Shown here piece after piece: positions 1-8,642 of a DNA stretch of 32,000 bases. The DNA lies in NCBI GenBank assembly GCA_038889235.1, contig JAWAHN010000002.1, forward strand, positions 224,356-256,355, written 5' to 3'. The notes under the pieces were generated by a model. That model saw only the letters and a list, made by a program, of their open reading frames with translations. It was not told the origin of the DNA and did not search any database. This DNA comes from Candidatus Jordarchaeales archaeon. GTDB taxonomy: Archaea; Asgardarchaeota; Jordiarchaeia; Jordiarchaeales; Freyrarchaeaceae. Made by a program: the position numbers and the translations under genes. The number at the start of each line of letters is the position of its first letter. The first letter of the stretch is position 1.

Positions 1-406
1 CGTCGGAAACCCACCGCTAGGCCAAACATTCCTAAGACCTCCTCTCTACAGGTTCCTCGGAGCAAGGCTTGGCAAAGCAACCTCTCTGGACGAAGTCACC
101 GACCCGTACCTCTTAGAAATGGATGACGGCGCAATTGCAGGCGGCCGCTCCTTTATAATAACACACATCTCGAGGAACGGTGGGCTTTACCTTAAAAAAG
201 TGAAAATAGGTCGCGGCGCGCTCGTAGGGGTGTCTTCGATAGTAATGCCAGGAGTTGAAGTAGGTGAGGGAGCAGTAGTAGCAGCCGGCTCTCTCGTTCC
301 AGCGGACACAAAAATACCTCCATACACCTTATGGGCTGGTGTACCGGCAAAACAAGTAAAATCACTAAAAAGTGAACAGAAGACGTGTGAAGGAGACGTC
401 GCCTAG
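1..406 (+). CDS. Hexapeptide-repeat (left-handed beta-helix) acyltransferase, 5'-truncated by window edge
   Basis: The frame stays open from position 2 (VGNPPLGQTFLRPPLYRFLGARLGK...) into the listed ORF. It has LbH hexapeptides (KVKIGRGALVG, VMPGVEVGEGAVVAAGSLV) and a C-terminal WAGVPAK motif. Confidence 0.8.
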   Translation, partial: VGNPPLGQTFLRPPLYRFLGARLGKATSLDEVTDPYLLEMDDGAIAGGRSFIITHISRNGGLYLKKVKIGRGALVGVSSIVMPGVEVGEGAVVAAGSLVPADTKIPPYTLWAGVPAKQVKSLKSEQKTCEGDVA

Positions 407-1104
407 TGGGGGATGTGTTCGAAGTGAAACCAATAAAGGTTATTGAAGGTGTATTCCTGGTCGGCGGTGCAGGACTTTCTGACGACGCTGATTGCTGTGT
501 CTACCTAATAGATGCGGATGGACGCCTCGTATTAATTGACTCTGGTGTCGGGGTAAACACTGAATTGATAGTTGAAAACATAGAGGATATCGGTTACAGC
601 CCTGAAAACATAGAATATTTGGTAGGAACGCATAGGCACATAGATCATATCGGCGGAAATAGGTTCTTCAAAGATTCCTTCGACTGCAAAATAATCATGC
701 ACGAATTGGACGCTGAAGCCGTGGAGTCCGGAGACCAATTTACGACTGGAGCAATGCTGTACGGCGTAAAACTCAACCCATGCAGAGTTGACGTGAAAAT
801 CAGCCAGACGGTAAGCCTACCGGTCGGTGATCTAGAACTCAAATTAATTCACACCCCAGGGCATACGCCGGGAAGCATAAGCGTACTCCTAGAGAAAGAA
901 GGTAAGCGAATACTTTTCGGCCAAGATATACACGGGCCGATAGACCCTTCATGGGGATCAGACATCAAGCAATATTGTGAATCGATGAAACTCTTGCTCT
1001 CCCTCAATGCCGACATACTGTGCGAGGGTCATTTTGGCGTTTTCAGCTCTCCTGGAAAAGTCAAGTCATTTATAGAACGGTACATGCACATCTATGGATG
1101 TTAG
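406..1104 (+). CDS. Metallo-beta-lactamase-fold hydrolase
   Basis: THRHIDHIGG (HxHxDH), TPGHTPGS, LFGQD and LCEGH motifs. The GTG start overlaps the upstream TAG (TAGTG). Confidence 0.9.
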   Translation: MGDVFEVKPIKVIEGVFLVGGAGLSDDADCCVYLIDADGRLVLIDSGVGVNTELIVENIEDIGYSPENIEYLVGTHRHIDHIGGNRFFKDSFDCKIIMHELDAEAVESGDQFTTGAMLYGVKLNPCRVDVKISQTVSLPVGDLELKLIHTPGHTPGSISVLLEKEGKRILFGQDIHGPIDPSWGSDIKQYCESMKLLLSLNADILCEGHFGVFSSPGKVKSFIERYMHIYGC

Positions 1105-1131
1105 TGGGCGCCTGAGAGATTTTCTCGTGCA

Positions 1132-2223
1132 TCACTTCCCGCTTTTTTCGGCATACTTTTCTATGGCTTCGAAGTTAACCTGTACCCCTAATCCCGGTTC
1201 TTTTGGTACTAAGGCGTATCCATCACGCACCTCTATAGGCTTCTCCAGCAGGTAGAATTCGTCCGGGTAAAGTGGGTACTCCATATAGTTCGAATTATAC
1301 GTTGCTGCAATCACTTGGAGATTCGCGGCCATAACTAATCCGAACCCGAAGATGTGTGGAATAGACTGCACTCCGTAGGCTTCAGCTAAAGCCGCTATCT
1401 TCTTGCACTGAAGTATCCCCCCACACCTCGTGGCGTCAGGCTGAACTATGTCGTAAGCCCCCATGTCTAGAATTTCCTTAAACCTGAAAAGTGAAAAGTC
1501 GTTTTCCCCTCCAGCTATCTCTACAGCTGAACGCGCCCTCAGCTCGGAAAGCGCCGCTAAATTGTCTGATGGAAGCGGCTCTTCGAGCCACCTCACATCA
1601 TACCTGTCACATATTTCGGAGAGTTTCACAGCCTCTCTTATCTCGTTGTAAGCCGAGTTCGCGTCAACCATTATCTCGAGGTCTGGGTGCTCCTCCCTGA
1701 CAGTTTTTATGATTTCCTCATCTTTCTTCAATCCCTCGCCTATCCTGAGCTTAACCGCCTGGAAACTCCTCTTCCTGGCAGTTTCAGCCATCTGGCTTGC
1801 CGCCTTCGGCGTCAGAGCAAACGGAAAACTAGCATACGCTTTAACTTTCTCCTTAAATCCTCCAAGTAGCCTGTAGACAGGTGTCTTTAGGGCTTTCCCA
1901 ACTACATCCCACAACGCGCACTCCACGGCGCTCGTAGCCTGAGCAATACCCAGCAAAATCCTGTTACAAGTGTTGTACATATCCCTCCAGATAGCCTCAA
2001 TCATGAACGGATCTTTACCCACAACTATCTTACTGAGAACTTCCTCAATGTACCTCGCTAGGGACCTATCGGAAAACGGGAAGTGCGTCATGGAGTACCC
2101 AACTATTCCTTCGTCCGTCTCTACTTCGACTAAAGTCCCCGACGCATTAAAACGAGGCATGGCACCAATCTTGATGGAGAAAGGTAGCCTAATAACCGTT
2201 GCTTTCACAGACTTAACAATCAT
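1132..2223 (-). CDS. Mandelate racemase/muconate lactonizing enzyme family protein (enolase superfamily)
   Basis: AVECALWD in the capping domain, KxR (AVKLRIG), metal ligands in VDAN, WLEEP and GGEN, and IPH. Start moved to MIVKS at 2223. Confidence 0.88.
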   Translation of the reverse strand: MIVKSVKATVIRLPFSIKIGAMPRFNASGTLVEVETDEGIVGYSMTHFPFSDRSLARYIEEVLSKIVVGKDPFMIEAIWRDMYNTCNRILLGIAQATSAVECALWDVVGKALKTPVYRLLGGFKEKVKAYASFPFALTPKAASQMAETARKRSFQAVKLRIGEGLKKDEEIIKTVREEHPDLEIMVDANSAYNEIREAVKLSEICDRYDVRWLEEPLPSDNLAALSELRARSAVEIAGGENDFSLFRFKEILDMGAYDIVQPDATRCGGILQCKKIAALAEAYGVQSIPHIFGFGLVMAANLQVIAATYNSNYMEYPLYPDEFYLLEKPIEVRDGYALVPKEPGLGVQVNFEAIEKYAEKSGK

Positions 2224-2510
2224 TTTCCCCACACTCCTCCTTAACCAAAAATGGTATGAATCACGCAAATATAACTCTTAACTTTATTCGACTCCGCGCA
2301 GTGTACCGCCGTCCACACGTTCAACTGCCGCAAACTTTCAATTTTTAAAACTCAAAAGCCTAAAACTTAGACTTTCTTTAGAGAAAATCTCGCATAGCAT
2401 CCCTCGGCTCCTCTAGGTTAACTTTTCTTCTGCGGCTCTAAGCGTCAAAGCAAGTGGGGAAAACTATTTTCTCTAGCTGTTCTATTAAAGGTTACCGGAG
2501 GGGAGAGGGG

Positions 2511-4823
2511 ATGGTAAAATTGTTTAGCGTTAAAGTCCCTGTCCTTACAGATTTATCTCTACTTTTAGGCTCTTTCTTCTCTTTCTCTTCAGCTCTTACT
2601 GTAAGTTCACACGTCGAGTCATTGCTCCCCCTTATTGTCTCGTCAACTGTTTCTCCCCTTACCCTCCTGCTCCTGTCCCTTTCTGCAGCCTTCTTCACTT
2701 TCCCTTTGGTGGCCGATGGCCGGAAAAACCTCAACTACATGGTTCCTGCAGGAACACAAATAGCCCTGTCCTACATGGCGGCTTTAACAGGACGTACAGT
2801 GCTCCTGAAAACTCAAAACTTTTCCCTAACTCTATGGGATGGATTCACGGGACAAATCTTATGCTTCACGTCCGTGTTCATCTACTTCGTAAGCTGGCTT
2901 CACTCTACGAAAGGGTTCTCCTCTGTGAAAGGATACCTCCCGCTAGCCGCAGCAGCCTCCCTTCTTCTCCCCCTATCACTCCACAAACCCGTCCCGGTAA
3001 TTGTTCCTGGTGTTGAGTCATACCTCCTCATATTCCCTTCAACCGCTCCCCCCTCCAGTATGGTAACATCTCTCCTGGTTTTCGCCTGCATACTCGTGGG
3101 GATCAACCCTCCAACGGGAAGCCTGTTAGGAAAAGTCTCTACGTTTTTGACGTTTACCCCAACAATTTTCCTCTTGCTCTCCACACCTTCGCTTGCTGGA
3201 AGAGCAGCCTCAATCCTAGGAGAATACGACCACTTAATTCACTCAGCATTCCCCCTCCACTTCAACTTCTTCACCTGTCTCTCACTTACCGCGCTTCTAG
3301 GAGGGGTAGCCATACTTTCGAGCGGGAAAACTGAAAGGCTTGTCCTCCTATCCTGCGCAGCATACGTGCTTTCATACCCAGTATTATACCGGACTTTTAC
3401 CCAACCACTTGAACAATTAGCCGTGGAGCCAGCCCCCCTCGTATGGATTACAGTCCCCCTCGCCACCATAATTCTCCTCGCTCGCCCCTCCATTCGTTCT
3501 CTCAAAACTTTTCCAAAGTTACTCCTAGCTCTTTCACTTCTAGTCCCCTGCATTCTCCCTCCCCTCTATGCTCCACCGCCTTATGCTACAAACTCGCTAA
3601 ACGTCATAAACGAGGATGACCGAATAGATCCAGCTATTCTGGCGATAGAAGGCATACCTACACAACTACACGTGATACTACGCTTTACATCTCTCACAGA
3701 TGACGCTCTGAAAAAACTGAACGAAACACCCTACTTTAAAATATCATACCACGACGGCAAACCTGCAGTATACAGAGGCCAAGTCAACATGGTTTACGGA
3801 GTACTAAACGCGTCCACAAGCAACTGGAAGGACTTAGCTAGAATGCTGGTGCGCGACTTTAACCTAAAATACCTCCTCCTCGACAGAACCCCATCAGAAA
3901 AGCCGACATTCAACGCCGACCCGGCAGTCTACTCTGTTGATGCTGATGTTCTTCACGCTTTGAATGTGACTGGGCGTGGGGTGACGGTCGCCATAATAGA
4001 CTCCGGAATAAACGACCTAGACCCAGAAATAGCCGGAAAAACCGAAGGAAGAATAATATACCAAGTAAACCTCATAACAGGAAAAGAAGGAGACCCACTA
4101 CTAGTAGGAGAATTAACACCAACGGACTCTAAGCTTCACGGAACTTTTGTTGCTAGAACCATTGCTGGAGTTAGGGGTATAGCACCACACGCAAACATAA
4201 TAGACCTAAAAGTCCAGCTCGAAATGGGAGAAATGTACCATGACACGTACCTACGTATAGTTGAGGCTATAGAGTGGTGTATAAGGAACAAGGAGAGGTT
4301 TAACATATCCGTGATAAACCTAAGCATGGGCAACAGAGAGGGGACGGGTGGCGTCATAGACGAAGCGGTGAATAGAGCAGTCCTAGCAGGGATAACCGTA
4401 GTCGCCGCTGCTGGAACATGGCTTAACCCCGCTGAAATTCGTGTCAACTCCATTTTCACGCCAGGAACGGCGGCGCTTGCAGTAACTGTTGGAGCAACGC
4501 AGAGCCATGACAATGACATTTGGGCTTACCTACCGGCAAGCGCCATAGGGCCAGGGCGGTCGGCATTTAAACCAGACGTCGTTGCGCCGGGACCCTACAC
4601 TAGTGGTTCAACACCAATCGTTGCAGGCGTGGCAGCTCTCTTGCACCAAGTTGCCGCTGAGCTTAACATACCGCAAAGCATCAGAAGTCTTGCGGTGAGG
4701 CAGGCACTAATACAGGGTGCAGCCTGCCACGATCTTGGGCCACCAGGTTACGACCCCTTCTACGGGTGGGGCAAAGTCAACGCCCTTTCGTCATACATTG
4801 TGATGAAAAAGAGTTTCTCATAG
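2511..4823 (+). CDS. S8 subtilisin-like serine protease with N-terminal multi-pass membrane domain (paralog 1)
   Basis: AIIDSG (Asp), HGTFVA (His), INLSMG, KPDVVAPG, YTSGSTP (Ser) and YGWGKVNA motifs. The first ~360 aa are hydrophobic. A GGAGGG RBS precedes the ATG at 2511. Confidence 0.85.
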   Translation: MVKLFSVKVPVLTDLSLLLGSFFSFSSALTVSSHVESLLPLIVSSTVSPLTLLLLSLSAAFFTFPLVADGRKNLNYMVPAGTQIALSYMAALTGRTVLLKTQNFSLTLWDGFTGQILCFTSVFIYFVSWLHSTKGFSSVKGYLPLAAAASLLLPLSLHKPVPVIVPGVESYLLIFPSTAPPSSMVTSLLVFACILVGINPPTGSLLGKVSTFLTFTPTIFLLLSTPSLAGRAASILGEYDHLIHSAFPLHFNFFTCLSLTALLGGVAILSSGKTERLVLLSCAAYVLSYPVLYRTFTQPLEQLAVEPAPLVWITVPLATIILLARPSIRSLKTFPKLLLALSLLVPCILPPLYAPPPYATNSLNVINEDDRIDPAILAIEGIPTQLHVILRFTSLTDDALKKLNETPYFKISYHDGKPAVYRGQVNMVYGVLNASTSNWKDLARMLVRDFNLKYLLLDRTPSEKPTFNADPAVYSVDADVLHALNVTGRGVTVAIIDSGINDLDPEIAGKTEGRIIYQVNLITGKEGDPLLVGELTPTDSKLHGTFVARTIAGVRGIAPHANIIDLKVQLEMGEMYHDTYLRIVEAIEWCIRNKERFNISVINLSMGNREGTGGVIDEAVNRAVLAGITVVAAAGTWLNPAEIRVNSIFTPGTAALAVTVGATQSHDNDIWAYLPASAIGPGRSAFKPDVVAPGPYTSGSTPIVAGVAALLHQVAAELNIPQSIRSLAVRQALIQGAACHDLGPPGYDPFYGWGKVNALSSYIVMKKSFS
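3929..4336 (+). repeat. Direct repeat copy A: three exactly identical tracts (3929-4096, 4125-4210, 4250-4336) shared with copy B
   Basis: Base-by-base comparison gives a constant offset of 2461 bp to copy B. Confidence 0.92.
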
Positions 4824-4959
4824 GGCGATTTTCTCATGGATTGTGTTGTTGTTATTTCTGCCCAACATCATTTGTCTTTTCAACTAAATTTAATAATATC
4901 ATGAGTCAATCAAGTAATTTTGGTCAACTAGGTTTTTGGGTGGGGGGCTTTAAGCTTTT

Positions 4960-7278
4960 ATGGAAACACCTTTTAACAATGGGCTCAAAAGTCTCATTCA
5001 AAAACCCATATACGCCGTGGTCCTCGCTTTTCTGGGCTCCTTTTTCGCTCTGCTCTCCATTTTAAGCTTTAGTACTCATTTCGACTCCTTTAATCCTCCT
5101 ATCTTGGTCTCATCAGCTCTGCCGTTCTCTCTTCCCCTACTCGCCATTTCTATAATCTGGTTATCTCTCTTGCTGGCCTTTACAGTTCGACCCAACTTAG
5201 CTTACATATTATCTTCTGCTACACAACTAACTGTACTGCAATTTGCAGCTCTTTCAAACACTACAACACTGCTTCACATGCATACCTTTTCTTTCGTCAT
5301 ATACAATGAGGGCGCGCAAGACATACTTCTCACTCTCCCCGCCACAATCTACTTTTCCTCTTGGCTTCGAGCTACAAGGAAATTTTTCAGCCTAAAAGAA
5401 TGCCTACCCACAATGGCGTCAGCTTTCCTTCTCTTAACTCCATGTTTTTACAACGCTCAGCCTTTAACCCTAATGTGGTTTGACACGACTCTCAGCTCGC
5501 TTCCCGGGCTCGTTCCCCCGTCTGTCACTACAGGGGCAATGTTTACTGCTTCATCAGTTCTTATTGGTCTGAGCCTTACTCGAAAAGCCCCGAAACGTAC
5601 TCTTATCTTCACGTCGATGCCTGCTCTCTTCATAGCTTTGTCCGGCTCCGCTGTTGCTAAAAAAGCTGCTTTCATCACAGGATACTACGACCATATGCTC
5701 CACTCTCTCTTCCCCCCACACTTCAACCTCTTTACGTTTCTTTCAATATTCTCTTTCATGAACGGAATGGCTCTCCTTTCTAACAAGAGAGTGGAGTTTG
5801 TGGCAACACTCTTCTGTATGTCTTTCGCCGCTTCATACCCTGCATTACACCGCGTGACTACTAGAATTCTCACCCCAGTGGCGCTAGATCCCGCCCCTCT
5901 TGTGTGGATCTCTGTAGTGTTCGTTTCCCTAGTTTTTCTTCGTTCACGCTTCTTTGTTAAAGGTTCTCTCTTAGCAATGTTATTCGCTGCCTTAGTGCTC
6001 CAGCCCATAGGGATAGCTCATGCCTCAGTAATGGCAAGCTTTCCTGTTACGTTAACTAGTGAAACCAGAATTGATGACAGAATAGACTCATCAATTTTGG
6101 GGATGACACAACCGCCAGAAAAAATACCAGTAATACTGCGCTTCCCTTATCTAGTGAGCGAAGAAGTGCTCTCTAGGTTAAACGTCATCCCGTTCTTCGA
6201 AGTCTCAAAGCACAACGGAGCCCCCGCAGTATACAATTCACATGTCTGTTTCGTCTACGGAGTGATAAAGACGCAATTTTGCGACTGGCGTGAGGCATCC
6301 AGATTCCTCGTGAAAGAGTTCAACCTCAAATACCTAATCCTAGATAGAGGAATTGACCCCTCACAGCTCCTTAAAGTTCACCCAATAACCTACTCTGTTG
6401 ATGCTGATGTTCTTCACGCTTTGAATGTGACTGGGCGTGGGGTGACGGTCGCCATAATAGACTCCGGAATAAACGACCTAGACCCAGAAATAGCCGGAAA
6501 AACCGAAGGAAGAATAATATACCAAGTAAACCTCATAACAGGAAAAGAAGGAGACCCGCTCGTAACGGGGGATCTGACACCTGCAGACTCTAAGCTTCAC
6601 GGAACTTTTGTTGCTAGAACCATTGCTGGAGTTAGGGGTATAGCACCACACGCAAACATAATAGACCTAAAGGTCCAAGTTGAGACAGGTGAAATGTGCT
6701 ACGTGGACAGCCTACGTATAGTTGAGGCTATAGAGTGGTGTATAAGGAACAAGGAGAGGTTTAACATATCCGTGATAAACCTAAGCATGGGCAACAGGGA
6801 AGGAGGAAGAGGAATCGTGTGCCGTGCCGTCGAACGTGCCAGCCTGGCGGGGATAATTGTAGTTACTGCAGCAGGCTCATATTCAAACCCATTTGAAAGC
6901 TTTACAAACCCTGTCTTCACGCCCGGAGTAAGTAGCCAAGCAGTAACTGTTGGAGCAACACAGAGTTATGTCCACGACTTTTGGGCCTGCTTTCCAGCGA
7001 GCGCTGTGGGAGACTGGGCCAAGCTCAAGCCAGACCTAGTGGCGCCAGGACCTTATACTAGTGGCTCAACACCCATCGTTGCAGGCATAGCTGCCCTCCT
7101 TTTCCAAGCCGCTGAGGAATTAGGTATACCTAAAAGCGTGAGGAGTATTGCCGTAAAGCACGCCTTATTAAATGGTGCTGCGCGAAACGACTTAGGAATG
7201 CCGGGGTTTGACCCGCTATATGGTTACGGTAAGGTTAATGCTCTTGCATCATACCTTGCCCTAAAGAATTTCTCGTAA
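4960..7278 (+). CDS. S8 subtilisin-like serine protease with N-terminal multi-pass membrane domain (paralog 2)
   Basis: Same triad motifs (IIDSG, HGTFVA, YTSGSTP) and collinear with paralog 1 over nearly its whole length. Confidence 0.85.
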   Translation: METPFNNGLKSLIQKPIYAVVLAFLGSFFALLSILSFSTHFDSFNPPILVSSALPFSLPLLAISIIWLSLLLAFTVRPNLAYILSSATQLTVLQFAALSNTTTLLHMHTFSFVIYNEGAQDILLTLPATIYFSSWLRATRKFFSLKECLPTMASAFLLLTPCFYNAQPLTLMWFDTTLSSLPGLVPPSVTTGAMFTASSVLIGLSLTRKAPKRTLIFTSMPALFIALSGSAVAKKAAFITGYYDHMLHSLFPPHFNLFTFLSIFSFMNGMALLSNKRVEFVATLFCMSFAASYPALHRVTTRILTPVALDPAPLVWISVVFVSLVFLRSRFFVKGSLLAMLFAALVLQPIGIAHASVMASFPVTLTSETRIDDRIDSSILGMTQPPEKIPVILRFPYLVSEEVLSRLNVIPFFEVSKHNGAPAVYNSHVCFVYGVIKTQFCDWREASRFLVKEFNLKYLILDRGIDPSQLLKVHPITYSVDADVLHALNVTGRGVTVAIIDSGINDLDPEIAGKTEGRIIYQVNLITGKEGDPLVTGDLTPADSKLHGTFVARTIAGVRGIAPHANIIDLKVQVETGEMCYVDSLRIVEAIEWCIRNKERFNISVINLSMGNREGGRGIVCRAVERASLAGIIVVTAAGSYSNPFESFTNPVFTPGVSSQAVTVGATQSYVHDFWACFPASAVGDWAKLKPDLVAPGPYTSGSTPIVAGIAALLFQAAEELGIPKSVRSIAVKHALLNGAARNDLGMPGFDPLYGYGKVNALASYLALKNFS
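6390..6797 (+). repeat. Direct repeat copy B: identical tracts 6390-6557, 6586-6671, 6711-6797
   Basis: Base-by-base comparison with copy A. Confidence 0.92.
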
Positions 7279-7299
7279 ACTGCACTGAACGTTTTCGTA

Positions 7300-7995
7300 G
7301 TGAGTTTCTTAGTGGGAGGAATAAGTTTGGGGGACGTGAACTTAATTTTTGGAGGCGGTCGATTTGGCTGTGTGGCTGCACGCCACCTCTTACGCCAGTC
7401 AAAACCATTCATAGTGGTTGATGAAAACGAAAGTTGTCTCGCGGCAAAGCACCTTCCACTAAAGAAAATCAGTCCAAGTGAAGTCATTCACACGGAACTT
7501 CAAGGAGGCTACTTTTTGAAAGGGAACGAAAAGCTTGCCCTACACTTAATCGAAAAGCTTGAACCGAGGTTGGTGTTCCCAACGGCTCCAATACATGTAG
7601 TTGCATCGCTAGTGGCGGAAAAGTGTGGCATGTTGGAATGGAGAGAAGCATTGGAATCCCTAGCTTCACGCATTCCTCCATCTGTCATAGTGTCTAAGGA
7701 AAAAGCGACTCTTGTAACATCCTATAATAAGGGTGCTGTTTGCAAGCCTAAGTGCACAGCGCCGGAAGTTTGCCCAGTCACAGGACTTAAAAAGCCTTGC
7801 ACAATGTACGAGTTGTTGAAGTCAGCTGTCCCCGAAGGAATAATTCTCAGAAGCTACCAGTTAGAGCCAGGGCTGGGCGCCTTGCGCGGCGATGAACTAC
7901 TCGAGACTCTGAAAACGTGTGAGCGAAACGATAGGGTAATCATAGGGACAGCATGTGAGTGCCATGGCGTAATAACTGCTCTCAGAAAAATTTAG
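7300..7995 (+). CDS. Uncharacterised protein with N-terminal Rossmann-like dinucleotide-binding motif and Cys-rich C-terminus
   Basis: IFGGGRFG...VVD (GxGxxG with an acidic residue ending beta-2), CKPKCTAPEVCP and TACECHG. Confidence 0.65.
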   Translation: MSFLVGGISLGDVNLIFGGGRFGCVAARHLLRQSKPFIVVDENESCLAAKHLPLKKISPSEVIHTELQGGYFLKGNEKLALHLIEKLEPRLVFPTAPIHVVASLVAEKCGMLEWREALESLASRIPPSVIVSKEKATLVTSYNKGAVCKPKCTAPEVCPVTGLKKPCTMYELLKSAVPEGIILRSYQLEPGLGALRGDELLETLKTCERNDRVIIGTACECHGVITALRKI

Positions 7996-8074
7996 GAGAA
8001 TTCCCTCTCAGCCGCACGGTAAGTTAAAAAATAGGTCCTTTTCAAATTGTAGTTGTCCTCGGAGGGAGTCCTCT

Positions 8075-8317
8075 ATGGGTCTTTTGTCACTAACACTACT
8101 AGCCATACCTTTGCTGGTGCTCTTTGGTCTTTACAAGAAGTTTGGCAACCCATTTAACCCTAAAAACGTGGATTGGCGAGTTACCGCCGCCATACTTGCG
8201 TCCATAGTGGGCGTGCTTTTGCTCGCCTTCTTCGGCCACCCTGTAAACCAGCCTAAATGGCTTACCGACCTACTGGAAGCCTACGACTTTCTTAGTAAAA
8301 TCCAAGGACTCATCTGA
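8075..8317 (+). CDS. Small membrane protein (two hydrophobic segments)
   Basis: 80-aa ORF with a GGAGGGAG RBS. Hydrophobic stretches LLSLTLLAIPLLVLFGL and VTAAILASIVGVLLLAFF. Confidence 0.6.
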   Translation: MGLLSLTLLAIPLLVLFGLYKKFGNPFNPKNVDWRVTAAILASIVGVLLLAFFGHPVNQPKWLTDLLEAYDFLSKIQGLI

Positions 8318-8642
8318 CTTAATTCGCTTTCAATCGTCTCGATACGTTCAGTCTCGTGTTCAGCGAAACACTTGCCCGATCTTTTCCTGAAAAATTAGTT
8401 GTCTTTCATAAGTAAAGCATGGTGGCGTTCTCTATGCCTTTAAGCATAGCTCCCCTTCCCGACCAGCGACAAGCTTTTCAGAGAGGCGTGTAAACCCGTC
8501 TCACCCCTCCCCCGAGAACGTGCCCTTCGCGGCTTTCAGATGGTGCCCACAAGCACCGAAATAGACAATGCTCTTTTTCCTCTAACATTCGGGTGAGAGA
8601 CTTTCCACAAAGTTTTGAACAAAGTGAGAGGGAGTGTAGGTC

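Noticed and set aside
3929-6797. Diversity-generating retroelement (TR/VR pair) as explanation for the near-identical repeats
   Set aside because: Mismatches are not restricted to adenines of either copy (only 8 of 13 are at A in copy A in the first gap), many are synonymous, both copies are intact CDSs, and no reverse transcriptase is in the window.
2454-7278. IetAS-type (S8 protease + AAA ATPase) toxin/defence system
   Set aside because: No AAA ATPase is adjacent, and these proteases have large membrane domains.
8318-8642. Possible ncRNA or small ORF in the gap before galT
   Set aside because: No tRNA arms, no convincing long hairpin, and only short ORFs without recognisable motifs.
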